A stretch of 64,000 nucleotides of DNA, from assembly GCA_021786355.1 (NCBI GenBank), contig JAJYNK010000009.1:517-64516 (forward strand), read 5' to 3'. The translations under genes were made by a program, and so were the position numbers. The notes under the pieces were generated by a model. It worked only from the letters and a program-made list of their open reading frames with translations. It had not been told where the DNA came from and searched no databases. Numbering within the stretch: the stretch's first letter is position 1; each line of letters opens with the position of its first letter. The stretch comes from a bacterium. GTDB lineage: Bacteria; Patescibacteriota; Minisyncoccia; UBA6257; UBA9933. Positions 34,286-43,563 of the stretch are shown in pieces.

Positions 34286-35692
34286 CCCTATTTTTGCTTT
34301 TATATATTCCGCAAGCTCTTCTATTTTTACTCTTTCCTGTTTCATCGTGTCGCGGTCGCGCACGGTAACATCTCCTTTTTCTAGAGTGTCGTAATCAACG
34401 GTTATGCAAAACGGAGTGCCGATTTCGTCCTGCCTTCTGTAGCGCTTGCCGATATTTCCATTGTCGTCAAACTCGCACATAAAATTTTGTTTTAAATTAT
34501 CAAAAATTTCTTTTGCTTTGCCAACCAACTCCGGTTTATTTTTCACCAAGGGGAAAACCGCAACTTTAACCGGCGCTAATTCGGGCTTGAATTTCATCAC
34601 GATTCTAGTTTCTTCCTTGCCGTCTTCGCCCTTGATGGTTTCTTCGGTATAAGCCTCCGCAAGCACCGCTAAAAGAGTGCGAGTTAATCCGAAAGACGGC
34701 TCGATGCAGTGCGGAACAAACTTACTGCCGTCCTCGTCGGCATAACTTAAATCCACTCCGGAAAATTTAATATGCTGGCTCAAATCGTAATCGGTCCGGT
34801 ACGCAAACCCATGAAGCTCTCCCCAGCCCAAAGAAGGGAATTTATACTCCACATCATAAGTGTCTTTTGAATAAAACGAGCGTTCATTGTCGTCGTGGCG
34901 GCGCCATCTCATATTTTCATCGGATAATCCCAAATTTTCTTTGAAAAAACTTTTTATGTCTTCCATCCATTTTTCAAACGGAGCCCGCCAATCTTTTTCG
35001 GTTTGAGGGGGTTTAATAAAATATTCGATTTCCATCTGCTCGAATTCCCGGGTCCGAAAAATAAAATTACCCGGCGTGATTTCATTTCTAAACGCCTTGC
35101 CGATTTGAGCGATGCCAAACGGAAGCTTGGGACGCATGGTGTTTAAAATATTTTTGAAGTTGATAAAAATCCCTTGCGCTGTTTCGCCTCTTAAATAGGC
35201 AATGCTTTTTGAATCCGCCACCACGCCAATGTGGGTTTCGAAAAGAAGGTTGAACTTGCGCGCGTCGGTCCAGTCAGACCCGCCGCAATCAGGACAAACG
35301 ATTTTTAATTCGTTCATTTTTTGCCCGATTTCTTCAAACTTAAGCTTGGCGGTTTCGTCCACGCCGATTTTTTCTTCGAGCAGTTTGTCGCCACGATGCC
35401 TTGTTTTGCATTTTTTGCAATCAACCAAAGGATCGTTGAAATTGCTGACATGACCGGACGCTTCCCAAACTTTCGGGTTGGTGATAATAGCCGAATCGAG
35501 ACCAACAACGTCGTCCCGTTTTTGCACGAAAGTTTTCCACCAGGAAGAGGCGATGTTATTTTTTAATTCCGTTCCGTAAGGTCCGTAATCCCAGGCATTG
35601 GCCATTCCGCCGTAAATTTCCGAGTCAGGAAAAACAAAGCCTCGCCTTTTGCAAAGCGAGACGATTTTCTCCATTGTGAGTTCTTCTTTCAT
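34283..35692 (-). CDS. glyQS: Glycine--tRNA ligase (dimeric class II type)
   Basis: N-terminal FVFPDSEIYGGMANAWDYGPYG and class II motifs. 469 aa. Confidence 0.9.
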   Translation of the reverse strand: MKEELTMEKIVSLCKRRGFVFPDSEIYGGMANAWDYGPYGTELKNNIASSWWKTFVQKRDDVVGLDSAIITNPKVWEASGHVSNFNDPLVDCKKCKTRHRGDKLLEEKIGVDETAKLKFEEIGQKMNELKIVCPDCGGSDWTDARKFNLLFETHIGVVADSKSIAYLRGETAQGIFINFKNILNTMRPKLPFGIAQIGKAFRNEITPGNFIFRTREFEQMEIEYFIKPPQTEKDWRAPFEKWMEDIKSFFKENLGLSDENMRWRRHDDNERSFYSKDTYDVEYKFPSLGWGELHGFAYRTDYDLSQHIKFSGVDLSYADEDGSKFVPHCIEPSFGLTRTLLAVLAEAYTEETIKGEDGKEETRIVMKFKPELAPVKVAVFPLVKNKPELVGKAKEIFDNLKQNFMCEFDDNGNIGKRYRRQDEIGTPFCITVDYDTLEKGDVTVRDRDTMKQERVKIEELAEYIKAKIG

Positions 35693-35694
35693 TA

Positions 35695-37557
35695 TTATCT
35701 TACGATATCAACGGTTTGAAGAGAATCCGTTCCTGAGTTCACCGGAAGACCGGTAAATTCATCGGTCGCCGTAAGCTGAACAGCTGACAAAATCGGAAGT
35801 AGCGCGTTAGCCTGCGAAATACTGGGCGCTATTTCAACTTCAAACGTTGTTTCTATCGGTTTTCCTGTTACGCCTTTATTGGCTATTATCCGTCCGATAT
35901 TCCAAGAAACTTCTTGAGTTCGTTCATTATAGGTAGGCAGGCCGTCAGTGTCAATATTAGCGGCGACGGTCCCGGTCCACGAAGCGCCGGATTGCAAAAC
36001 CGCTTTGATTTTCGCGTCTTTTTTGTCGGTTGCGTAGTTTTTGATAATCCAATGGACAAGATACCGAGTGGGCTTATTAACTTGGGGCGGATAGGGCCCC
36101 TTTTTATTGTATTCGGCATAAGCGCTTATTTCGGTTCTTCCTCCGATTTTTGTTTCGGAACTGTTAACGCCTACTGTTTTGTCGCTGGAAATATAATAAG
36201 GAACGGTGGGCGAGGAAATTTCTCCTTCGGCTTTTAAAGAAAAATTTTTGTCGGATAATTTTTTTATCGGATAAATCGTTTTTGTTTTAAAAGAAAATGA
36301 AACCGTTCCTTTAGCGCCTTGGGAAAGATTTTTTAGCCCCGGTTCCTGCGAAGCATTCCAGATAACAGTATTGCTGTTCGAATCGAAAAACCCGTTACCC
36401 CGATAACTCGCAAAATCAAACATCGCGCCGGAAACTTTTACCTTTATAACCGCGTCCGCTAAACTATCTTCGGTGTTATTGCCATAGATGACGCTATAAT
36501 TTATCGTGTCTCCCGGAAAAGCCACGAAATTAGGATCGTTATTGGGGATGATGCTTAGAGAAAGAGGCGAGGAAGCAATGCCGAGATTGGCGGTTTTTTC
36601 ACCAAGAGGATATTCTTTGCCGTCTAATTCGATAAAAATTTTAGCCCTCACATCAAAAAACATACTATCCGGCCCAACAATGCTTCCTTTTATGGAAACG
36701 TTGTTTTCCATTCCGCCGGGCATTAAAGTTGTCCATATATTATTGCCGCTTGCGGGAGCCGGAGACGCTTCTTTGAATTTAAATGCAGCCGGATAAGCCA
36801 TTTCTAAACGGACTTTTGAAAAATTATAGTCGGAAAAATTTTTGTAGCTTGCGGTTATTTCAAATTGTTCGCCGGAAAAAACTTTTTGCGGAGCGCTCAA
36901 ATTAATGCCAACCGCCGGCTGGTCGGCAAAAATTTCAATGGTTTGTTTTTTTTCAAATTTAGTATTTAAATTCGGAGGTAAATACGAAAAGTAAACATCT
37001 ATTTTTTTTGCCGGATCGTTTGTGTCTAAAATCGCCAGCGAAAAAGATTTTTGATAAGAGTCGCCGCTTTCCAAAATTCCTATATTTTCTTCGATAACCT
37101 GCCTATCGCTATATTTGCCTAATCCGGCAACTCCTTCAGGAATCTGAATATCGATAAGCGAATCCCGCATTGCGCTTTTCGATTTGTTTTCTATGTTTAT
37201 TTTTACTTCAAACGGCTGGCCGGCTAAAACTTTACTTGGCGCTTTGGCTTCGAAAATAAAATCCTTGGTTTTTAAATATTGCGATAAATAATAACCGGCA
37301 AATGATCCGGCAATTATAAGCGTGGCAACAATCAGCCAAAAAATAACTTTTGAAAACTGGCTGACTTTTAAAAAAATCGATGAACTTGTCATTTGGCTTA
37401 TTTTATCGGAAACTCCGCTCCATTTCGGAATTGTTTGTTTTTCTTCCGGCGCTGAAATTTTTTTCTCTTCTTGCTTGGAAATTTTTGGAGTTTCTTTTTC
37501 CGATTCTTTTTTACTTCCCAAGCCGTATAAATTTTTTTCGAGATCTTCTAGACTCAT
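35695..37557 (-). CDS. Large N-terminally membrane-anchored hypothetical protein (620 aa), beta-rich repeat-like ectodomain
   Basis: A TM segment (VIFWLIVATLIIAGSFAGYYL) follows a Lys/Glu-rich N-terminus. No confident domain match. Overlaps recO and glyQS by 4 nt each, which suggests an operon. Confidence 0.45.
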   Translation of the reverse strand: MSLEDLEKNLYGLGSKKESEKETPKISKQEEKKISAPEEKQTIPKWSGVSDKISQMTSSSIFLKVSQFSKVIFWLIVATLIIAGSFAGYYLSQYLKTKDFIFEAKAPSKVLAGQPFEVKINIENKSKSAMRDSLIDIQIPEGVAGLGKYSDRQVIEENIGILESGDSYQKSFSLAILDTNDPAKKIDVYFSYLPPNLNTKFEKKQTIEIFADQPAVGINLSAPQKVFSGEQFEITASYKNFSDYNFSKVRLEMAYPAAFKFKEASPAPASGNNIWTTLMPGGMENNVSIKGSIVGPDSMFFDVRAKIFIELDGKEYPLGEKTANLGIASSPLSLSIIPNNDPNFVAFPGDTINYSVIYGNNTEDSLADAVIKVKVSGAMFDFASYRGNGFFDSNSNTVIWNASQEPGLKNLSQGAKGTVSFSFKTKTIYPIKKLSDKNFSLKAEGEISSPTVPYYISSDKTVGVNSSETKIGGRTEISAYAEYNKKGPYPPQVNKPTRYLVHWIIKNYATDKKDAKIKAVLQSGASWTGTVAANIDTDGLPTYNERTQEVSWNIGRIIANKGVTGKPIETTFEVEIAPSISQANALLPILSAVQLTATDEFTGLPVNSGTDSLQTVDIVR

Positions 37558-38132
37558 ACTTTTATCAATATTAACTCTTTTTTACTTTCTTTTGAAGAAT
37601 GCTCTCTGCACAAAAAATTTTGGTTTTCTTTATTAAAAAATTCCGGATTTTCTTTCTGGCAAATTTCACAGACCGCGAACCGCGGATCAAATCCCAGATC
37701 GCGTAAAATTATTTTATAAGCATCTTCCAGTTTCGGGTTTGTTTTAAAAATATCCACAATCGAATGCCAAAGTTGCTGATCCGGCTGAAATTCAAAAGCT
37801 GTTTCATTGATAAAATTCGCGATTGTTAAAAACTTCGCCAGTTTTTCGGCTGAAGTTTTAATTCCTTGAAAATTATTCCTTTGAGAAGGCAGAGCGTCCA
37901 CCACTTGCATGCGCCCGTTTCCAACAAGGCGGATGTTTATAAAATTAAGCGGCTCCAAGTACGCGCTTAATTTTGATTTTATTCTTTTTAATCCTTTGGC
38001 CTTGGCAACGACTCTGCCCAGTTTTTCGGAATAAATATGGACTGTTGCGTCAGCTTCTCCGTTTTCTTTTTTCGCCAGCACCAAAGCTTCGGTAAAATAT
38101 TCAGTCATTTTATAATCCATAAATCTTAACAA
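37554..38132 (-). CDS. recO: DNA repair protein RecO
   Basis: N-terminal OB region (ALVLAKKENGEADATVHIYSEKLGRVVAKAKG) and a C-terminal Cys cluster CEICQKEN...CREH. Confidence 0.75.
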   Translation of the reverse strand: MLRFMDYKMTEYFTEALVLAKKENGEADATVHIYSEKLGRVVAKAKGLKRIKSKLSAYLEPLNFINIRLVGNGRMQVVDALPSQRNNFQGIKTSAEKLAKFLTIANFINETAFEFQPDQQLWHSIVDIFKTNPKLEDAYKIILRDLGFDPRFAVCEICQKENPEFFNKENQNFLCREHSSKESKKELILIKV

Positions 38133-38160
38133 AAATATTCTTATAGCTAAAGACGTTTGA

Positions 38161-38208
38161 CCCCGTTAGAAGTCGCGAACGCATCACGCGCGTCCTATTT
38201 CTAACAGG
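38161..38208. repeat. Hairpin repeat, family B copy (CCCCGTTAGAAG ... TTTCTAACAGGG), flanked by GTTTGAC on both sides
   Basis: Shares CCCCGTTAGAAGT with the 16690 copy. Confidence 0.75.
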
Positions 38209-38283
38209 GTTTGACTTGGGTTTATTTTTTGTGGTAAAGATTTATTAGTAAATACAAAAAATCAAACGAAGGAGGGCGCCGCG

Positions 38284-39495
38284 ATGAAGCTCAAGTTTGA
38301 CGAAGAGCGAGCGCTCGCGGTATTCCAAGCGCTCGAAAAACCGTACGTCGACGAAAGCGGAATTTACAAAACAGCTACTTTACCCCAAAACCGTTTCCAA
38401 CCAGAGGTGGGAGCACGCGAATACGCAAATTGGCTCTTCTTCCTGTCTCTGTTCGAAAGAGGCGGAATAGTAAGCGGCGACACTATGAAGTTCTTGTGGC
38501 AACTTCACCAGGATCTGCCTGAACTCTACGAGCCCCAAATTGTATCCACCAGCTGGACCCCGCAAAAGATTGAGGATGCATTTAAGACGGTCGCACCCAA
38601 AATCCTCAATGGCAACGGTACCGGTGAAGTCGGCGCAGGTTCCTTAAGCTACAAGCTCAGCGAACACACCGCCGCCTGGTACCGCAACGCGGTCACGCTC
38701 CACAAACACTGGGGTGGCGACATCCGCAATGTTTTCTGGGGCGTCACAGAATTCGAAGAGTCTTTCCGTAGGGTGGATTATCATAACAACCCGGCTGGCT
38801 TCAATGGCATGAGGCGTAAGATTTTTTCCCTATTGGTTATCTGGCTACAGGAAAAAAACTTCATCCCTCTTTTCCCTGGACCTATTCCGGTGGACTTCCA
38901 TGCTATGCGGGTCCTCTGGGAAACAGACATTCTTCGGCTTAACGGTTTCGCCAAACCATTCGAACCCAAGGAAGGAAAACACAGCCCGGCTCTCGCAGGC
39001 AAAATCTCAATGCGCGTCAGCGAGAAATTTATGGATACTATTGCAAAATGGTCCCAAAAATTTCTCCTGAAACACAAAATGAGTCATATGGTTATCAACC
39101 CGGCCCTGTGGCTGCTCTCTCGCGATCTTTGCGCGGAGCAGTTTCAAAACATCACCTTTGCCCAGAAAGCTGAAAATTCAATGGCGCCCGGCAATGAAAG
39201 CGCAGTGCCAAAAACCGGTTCTCGCATGCGTCATTTCCGCAAAGCAAAAGAGGCTATGCGCTTCACCGAGGCGGAAGATCTGCGCCAGAACCACGCTTTA
39301 TGGTCCGCCGGCTACAAGGATCCCTGCGGCCACTGTCCTATTGAAAAGTGGTGTTCGTGGTCCATACCGGCTGCCCCTTATTACACTTGGGGCATCATGG
39401 TTCGTTCCGGTCCCCGCGTTCCCTACCATTCTCCGCTGATTCCTGGAATGTTATGCCCTTCCAGCTATCAATCCCGTAAACGTTCACGCAAGTAG
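38284..39495 (+). CDS. Hypothetical 403-aa protein, clearly higher GC than the backbone
   Basis: GGAGGG RBS. No family recognised. Has a C-terminal Cys cluster (CGHCPIEKWC). Confidence 0.5.
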   Translation: MKLKFDEERALAVFQALEKPYVDESGIYKTATLPQNRFQPEVGAREYANWLFFLSLFERGGIVSGDTMKFLWQLHQDLPELYEPQIVSTSWTPQKIEDAFKTVAPKILNGNGTGEVGAGSLSYKLSEHTAAWYRNAVTLHKHWGGDIRNVFWGVTEFEESFRRVDYHNNPAGFNGMRRKIFSLLVIWLQEKNFIPLFPGPIPVDFHAMRVLWETDILRLNGFAKPFEPKEGKHSPALAGKISMRVSEKFMDTIAKWSQKFLLKHKMSHMVINPALWLLSRDLCAEQFQNITFAQKAENSMAPGNESAVPKTGSRMRHFRKAKEAMRFTEAEDLRQNHALWSAGYKDPCGHCPIEKWCSWSIPAAPYYTWGIMVRSGPRVPYHSPLIPGMLCPSSYQSRKRSRK

Positions 39496-39528
39496 CCCCG
39501 CTGTTTTTCCAGGCGGGGCGTTTTTTTA
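39496..39528 (+). terminator. Rho-independent terminator CCCCGC-(11-nt loop)-GCGGGG followed by CG and T7
   Basis: Directly after the stop at 39493-39495. Confidence 0.7.
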
Positions 39529-39666
39529 CCCCCACACCAAAGAAAGATCTAAATTTTTTCGAAGTCAAAAATATTTAAGAAATAACAGTAATTATTTAAC
39601 AAAACAATATAAAAAACCACTAACAAAGAAATTTAATCGCTTCGCAATCTTTCTTTGGTGAGGGGG
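39529..39666. repeat. Hairpin repeat, family C copy 2 (CCCCCACACCAAAGAAAGAT ... ATCTTTCTTTGGTGAGGGGG, one A-A mismatch) enclosing about 98 nt of AT-rich DNA
   Basis: Same CCCCCACACCAAA terminus as the copy at 5966. The inner stem differs but stays complementary. Confidence 0.8.
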
Positions 39667-39786
39667 TTTATTAACACCTTACGAACAAAATCTCTTGCTT
39701 TAAAACGCCGATTACTGATAATATGCCTTTAGAACACTGCTAATTTAAAATTCTGAGCTTATATAAAATTTGAGGAGGTGTTTGGG

Positions 39787-40803
39787 ATGAAGAAAATCGG
39801 TCCGATTCCATTAGAACAACTTGTCAAAGACGATGTTAACCGAGTAATCCAACATGCTTCAATAATTATTTCGCTCACGCCCGAAGGACCTATGATTTTC
39901 GCCAACCCGAAGCCGACGTTAAATGTACTGGCGGTTATTGGACCCGGAATAGGAACTCCTTTTAAACGCTTTTTTGAACGAGCCCTGCTTTTGGAAGTGG
40001 GCATTGGAGTTGGACGGCCTTACCACGAAGCAAAAAGTTCGATTGAAAAAACATCCAGCGGCAAGCCAAAAAGCATCCCAAAACGCCGTAAATGGTTTCG
40101 TCTTACCGAACAGCAATATATCCAGGTGGCTTCGTGGATTTTCCCCTGTTTGCAAGAAATCACCAACCAGAAAGTAGCGAATTGGAAATGCAATCATGAA
40201 AGTCCGTTTTTTATTCCGACTTCCCGCCACTACTTTTCTCGCCATCAAAAAACCCTTTTCATCGAAGAGGGGTACAAATCGTGGCCGCGGGGGACGCGCT
40301 TTGCCGTATCGCTTGAAGACCGCTTCTTGCTCTCCGATATTTACTGGGCGGAAAAACACAACCCCGACTTGCGCCGGCGCCTGAAAGGTCTCGCTAAATT
40401 TATAGATCTGCGGCTTAATTTCTCCGGCGCCAAAAAAACAAAAAGTCGTCCTCGCAAAGAATTCCGGGAGCTAAAACGTTTTGTACAAGTTGCCGGAATA
40501 CTTGAGAAACGCAACTTGCCGGTCCGGCACATTGTTGACCTCCTTGATTTTCTGCCGCTGAAAAATGGTCGCAGCCGCAGCCTGTATTACTACGAGATTT
40601 CTCACTTACTCGGCTATACCGGCGAAGAATTTAGGGAGGAAAAATTCGTCCATCAGGCATTGGCCAACCCGAGCCAACGACTCAACGGCATTAAGCTCCG
40701 AATCACTACTGGCCTCTCATGCCGGGACCATATTGTTTTTGAAATATCCACCAATCTCCCCGTGGGAGAAGAGATGCCTCTTCCCGCGCCTGTCCCCAAA
40801 TAG
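39787..40803 (+). CDS. Hypothetical protein (about 339 aa from ATG 39787; the ORF track starts at GTG 39778)
   Basis: GAGGAGG RBS 8 nt upstream of ATG 39787. Basic, moderately GC-rich. No family recognised. Confidence 0.5.
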   Translation: MKKIGPIPLEQLVKDDVNRVIQHASIIISLTPEGPMIFANPKPTLNVLAVIGPGIGTPFKRFFERALLLEVGIGVGRPYHEAKSSIEKTSSGKPKSIPKRRKWFRLTEQQYIQVASWIFPCLQEITNQKVANWKCNHESPFFIPTSRHYFSRHQKTLFIEEGYKSWPRGTRFAVSLEDRFLLSDIYWAEKHNPDLRRRLKGLAKFIDLRLNFSGAKKTKSRPRKEFRELKRFVQVAGILEKRNLPVRHIVDLLDFLPLKNGRSRSLYYYEISHLLGYTGEEFREEKFVHQALANPSQRLNGIKLRITTGLSCRDHIVFEISTNLPVGEEMPLPAPVPK

Positions 40804-40932
40804 CATAAATTGCCGGGGGTGGGCGCTTTTTTTGTGATTGCGGGTTTTTTGAGTAATATTTGCTAACCCCTTGACACCAACAACCGCCATGATAAAATGG
40901 ATTATTATCGCTTAACAGGCGATTTTTTGTTT

Positions 40933-41009
40933 GCCCTGTAGTGAATTTTGGCTTGATAAAATCTGATTTTATTCGCTTTTGGCGAAGACAGCCAAAATCT
41001 ACTACTGGG
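40933..41009. repeat. Hairpin repeat, family H copy 3 (CCCTGTAGTGAATTTTGGCT ... GCCAAAATCTACTACTGGG)
   Basis: Seen in the sequence. A half-copy (ATATGCCCGGTTAGTGAAAAAACGATTGATT) follows at 41024-41059. Confidence 0.8.
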
Positions 41010-41023
41010 TTGAAAAATCAAAA

Positions 41024-41059
41024 ATATGCCCGGTTAGTGAAAAAACGATTGATTTCTAC
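41024..41059. repeat. Left member of a 36-bp inverted-repeat pair (AAAATATGCCCGGTTAGTGAAA[A/C]AACGAT[T/C]GATT). The partner lies at 43690-43725 in reverse orientation.
   Basis: About 33 of 36 bases identical after reverse-complementing. The pair flanks a 2.7-kb segment. Confidence 0.7.
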
Positions 41060-41180
41060 AGCTTTTTTCCAACCAAACCGTCGCTGGGCATAAATTAACT
41101 AAAAACATAATTTTAGGTAAAACAGAGGCGAAACAAATTAAAATCTTATTTTAATTTAGATCGTTTTTCTACTACCGGGT

Positions 41181-41696
41181 ATGGGTAAACGTCTAGCTTT
41201 TTTACTTGCTTTAACCAGTATAAACCTGGTTTTTGCCGCAGAGGAGCTTACATTCGCAAACCCTAAAACTAACGGGTTTGACAGTAAAAAATTGGCTTCG
41301 AGTGAATCTACAGTGATGATTTTTGACGGCGCAGTGGCGTCAAAATCAGCTCTGGCAAACACAAAACAGCTGAAAACCGCGATTTCTTATGAAGTTGCGG
41401 ATGTGGATAGAGTAACCGTAACCGGTTATTCCAGCACCGAATCCGAAACCGACGAAACGCCGTTTATAACCGCTACCGGCAAATATGTTTTCCCGGGAGT
41501 GGCGGCCAGCAATGTCCTGCCTATCGGAACCAAATTCCGCTTGCCAAGTCTCTTTGGCGACAGAATTTTCGTTGTCGAAGACAGAATGCATTCAAGATAT
41601 AACGGCAAAAAATGGGTAGATGTCTGGTTTGACAGTCAGGACAAAGCTCTAAAATTTGGCAAGAGATTTTCATCGATTGAAATTTTAGAGGGCTAA
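41181..41696 (+). CDS. Secreted 3D-domain (MltA/RlpA-like double-psi barrel) protein
   Basis: Signal peptide MGKRLAFLLALTSINLVFA. C-terminal segment VTVTGYSS..DETPFITATGKYVFPGVAASNVLPIGTKFRLP..VVEDRMHSRY..VDVWFDS. Confidence 0.6.
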   Translation: MGKRLAFLLALTSINLVFAAEELTFANPKTNGFDSKKLASSESTVMIFDGAVASKSALANTKQLKTAISYEVADVDRVTVTGYSSTESETDETPFITATGKYVFPGVAASNVLPIGTKFRLPSLFGDRIFVVEDRMHSRYNGKKWVDVWFDSQDKALKFGKRFSSIEILEG

Positions 41697-41741
41697 TTCC
41701 TCAGAATATTCCTTCGGAACTAGTCGAATAGAATCGACCAA

Positions 41742-41773
41742 CCCCGCCAGTCTATGGACTGGCGGGGTTTTTT
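41742..41773 (+). terminator. Rho-independent terminator CCCCGCCAGTC-TATG-GACTGGCGGGG followed by T6
   Basis: Directly after the 3D-domain gene. Confidence 0.8.
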
Positions 41774-41967
41774 ACGCGGGCGACCATGATTTTCACTACT
41801 CGCGCGCGCCTCGCTAAGCTCGGCACGGCTGCGTTCTAAAACCCTGCGGTTTTAGTATTTCCGCAACGGGAAAACGAGTTTTCCCGACCCCTTTCTTGGC
41901 GGTTCAAATCCGCGATTCACATCAGAAAAATAAAACAACAGTTTCGACTGTTGTTTTATTTTTCTTG

Positions 41968-42041
41968 CGCGGGCGACCGGATTTGAACCGGCGACCTCTG
42001 CCGTGACAGGGCAGCGCTCTACCAGACTAAGCTACGCCCGC
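41968..42041 (-). tRNA. tRNA-Asp (anticodon GUC)
   Basis: Reverse complement folds as acceptor GCGGGCG/CGCCCGC, anticodon stem CTGCC/GGCAG with loop CTGTCAC, T arm GCCGG-TTCAAAT-CCGGT. The 5' end overlaps the last 15 nt of the LAGLIDADG ORF. Confidence 0.8.
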
Positions 42042-42695
42042 TTGCCGGTATATATTATATTTTCTCCTTAAATAAATCAACTTTTCTGGATTACGCTCGT
42101 ACATGAACATAAATAATTTTCCTGAGTCCCTAATAGAATAATTTAGATACCAAGAATTATCGCTTTTTTTAAAAAGTGATCCTGTAAGATTTATCGAATC
42201 CGATAAGGCCTTTTTTAACTCCTTGATAAAAACTTCGCTTCCTGAAGTAAACCGGCTAAGAAGTACTCGCGATTTGTTTTTTCGATCCGCTTTTTTAAAA
42301 AACCCGAATGAAACATTTCCGCCTCCATCAAAATAACCTCGCACAAAGTGGCAAAAATATTTACTTGGGACGCGTGGTAATTTTATTGTTTTGCTTTTTG
42401 CCGGAGTAAGACCTAATTTTATTAAGTCACAAAACATGGCCTTACTCCCTATTTGCAATCTATAAACGGTCTTGTGCTTTTTATCTCTTTGAATAATCGA
42501 AATTTTATGGTTTGATTCAAGAGTTTTTTGAATTTCTCTTAATAAATCCGCGTCTGTAATTTGAAACTCTATAAAATGCGCGCCTCTTTTGTTTTTAAGC
42601 ATATTCCCATCCGCCGTGAAAAACCCCAAAATATACGCCATTTCCGGAGTCCATTTTTTGAAAAAATTTTCGTTTTTTGTTTTATAAATCGGCAT
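42027..42695 (-). CDS. LAGLIDADG homing endonuclease (two-motif, monomeric type)
   Basis: Motifs AYILGFFTADGN and HFVRGYFDGGGNVSF. Confidence 0.8.
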   Translation of the reverse strand: MPIYKTKNENFFKKWTPEMAYILGFFTADGNMLKNKRGAHFIEFQITDADLLREIQKTLESNHKISIIQRDKKHKTVYRLQIGSKAMFCDLIKLGLTPAKSKTIKLPRVPSKYFCHFVRGYFDGGGNVSFGFFKKADRKNKSRVLLSRFTSGSEVFIKELKKALSDSINLTGSLFKKSDNSWYLNYSIRDSGKLFMFMYERNPEKLIYLRRKYNIYRQAGVA

Positions 42696-42729
42696 TTATA
42701 CCAATTTTACCACAAAAAACATGGATTTT

Positions 42730-43563
42730 TTACTTCGGTTTTATAACTATAAATCTTTTCTTCCACCCTTTTTTAAATTCCTCTGTTGTGGCTTTTCTCT
42801 CAATAAGATTTGGATTGTTTATGTCGGGATCGGCGAATAAAACAATGTCGCCGTCTATCCCAAAAATAACCACCAAATGTCCGCCGTTTTGCGGATTTAG
42901 ATTCTTATATATGGAAGCTATGACCGGCCCGTTTTTTAACTCTTCAATCATTCGTTCAAAAGCGGTTTCCGTTTCTTCTTTCGCGAAATCAAATCTATTG
43001 CCCCTTAAACCAAAGTGTTTTACTGCGGCGTCTATTAATCCTTGATGCAGCCACCCTATGTTTTCTACATAAGCTTTGTTTTTGACCCCGTCGGAAATTA
43101 TAAAGTCAACTAAAAATTCGGAAAGTTTTTTCATCTTATCTTCGTCTACGTTTTTTGTCGGCCAAGCTCTTTCCAAGTGGTATAGTATACTATACCACTT
43201 GACTGAGTCGTGTTCGTCTAATAATTCGTTGAGTTTGTTTGTTTCGTTGCTTATCCAGTTTGCGTCATTTACGCTAGAAATAATCTTTGAATCTTTTAAA
43301 AGTTTTTTAATCGCTTTAACTACGTTTGGATCTTTTTTTGAAACACAATAAATCACAATCATCGCCAAAGAAGCGGGACCGCAGACTCTTTTTGCCCAAA
43401 ATTCGTTGCAGCCGTCGCCTTCGCAAAGCCCCTGTCCGTCCGGCAGGCGGGCATACCCGCTTTTGCCGATATCCAAATGCTGAGAAATGTTAACCGGAAG
43501 ATGGTGGCGAATTAAGAATTTTTTTTCCCGTCTTTTGTCCTGTTTTTTATTTATCGTATTCAT
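42730..43563 (-). CDS. Papain-like cysteine peptidase, C39-like family (Peptidase_C39_2-like)
   Basis: Cys box RVCGPASLAMIVIY and a C-terminal GGHLVVIFGIDGDIVLFADPD His/Asp region. The CDS contains a 26-bp perfect palindrome encoding KWYSILYHL. Confidence 0.5.
   Translation of the reverse strand: MNTINKKQDKRREKKFLIRHHLPVNISQHLDIGKSGYARLPDGQGLCEGDGCNEFWAKRVCGPASLAMIVIYCVSKKDPNVVKAIKKLLKDSKIISSVNDANWISNETNKLNELLDEHDSVKWYSILYHLERAWPTKNVDEDKMKKLSEFLVDFIISDGVKNKAYVENIGWLHQGLIDAAVKHFGLRGNRFDFAKEETETAFERMIEELKNGPVIASIYKNLNPQNGGHLVVIFGIDGDIVLFADPDINNPNLIERKATTEEFKKGWKKRFIVIKPK

Noticed and set aside
41895-41925. T-arm-like GGCGGTTCAAATCCGCG on the plus strand, suggesting an extra tRNA or a tmRNA 3' end
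   Set aside because: No matching 5' acceptor strand (GTGAATC) within 100 nt upstream, no CCA, and no tmRNA tag-like or 5' GGGG features. Probably a tRNA-derived remnant.
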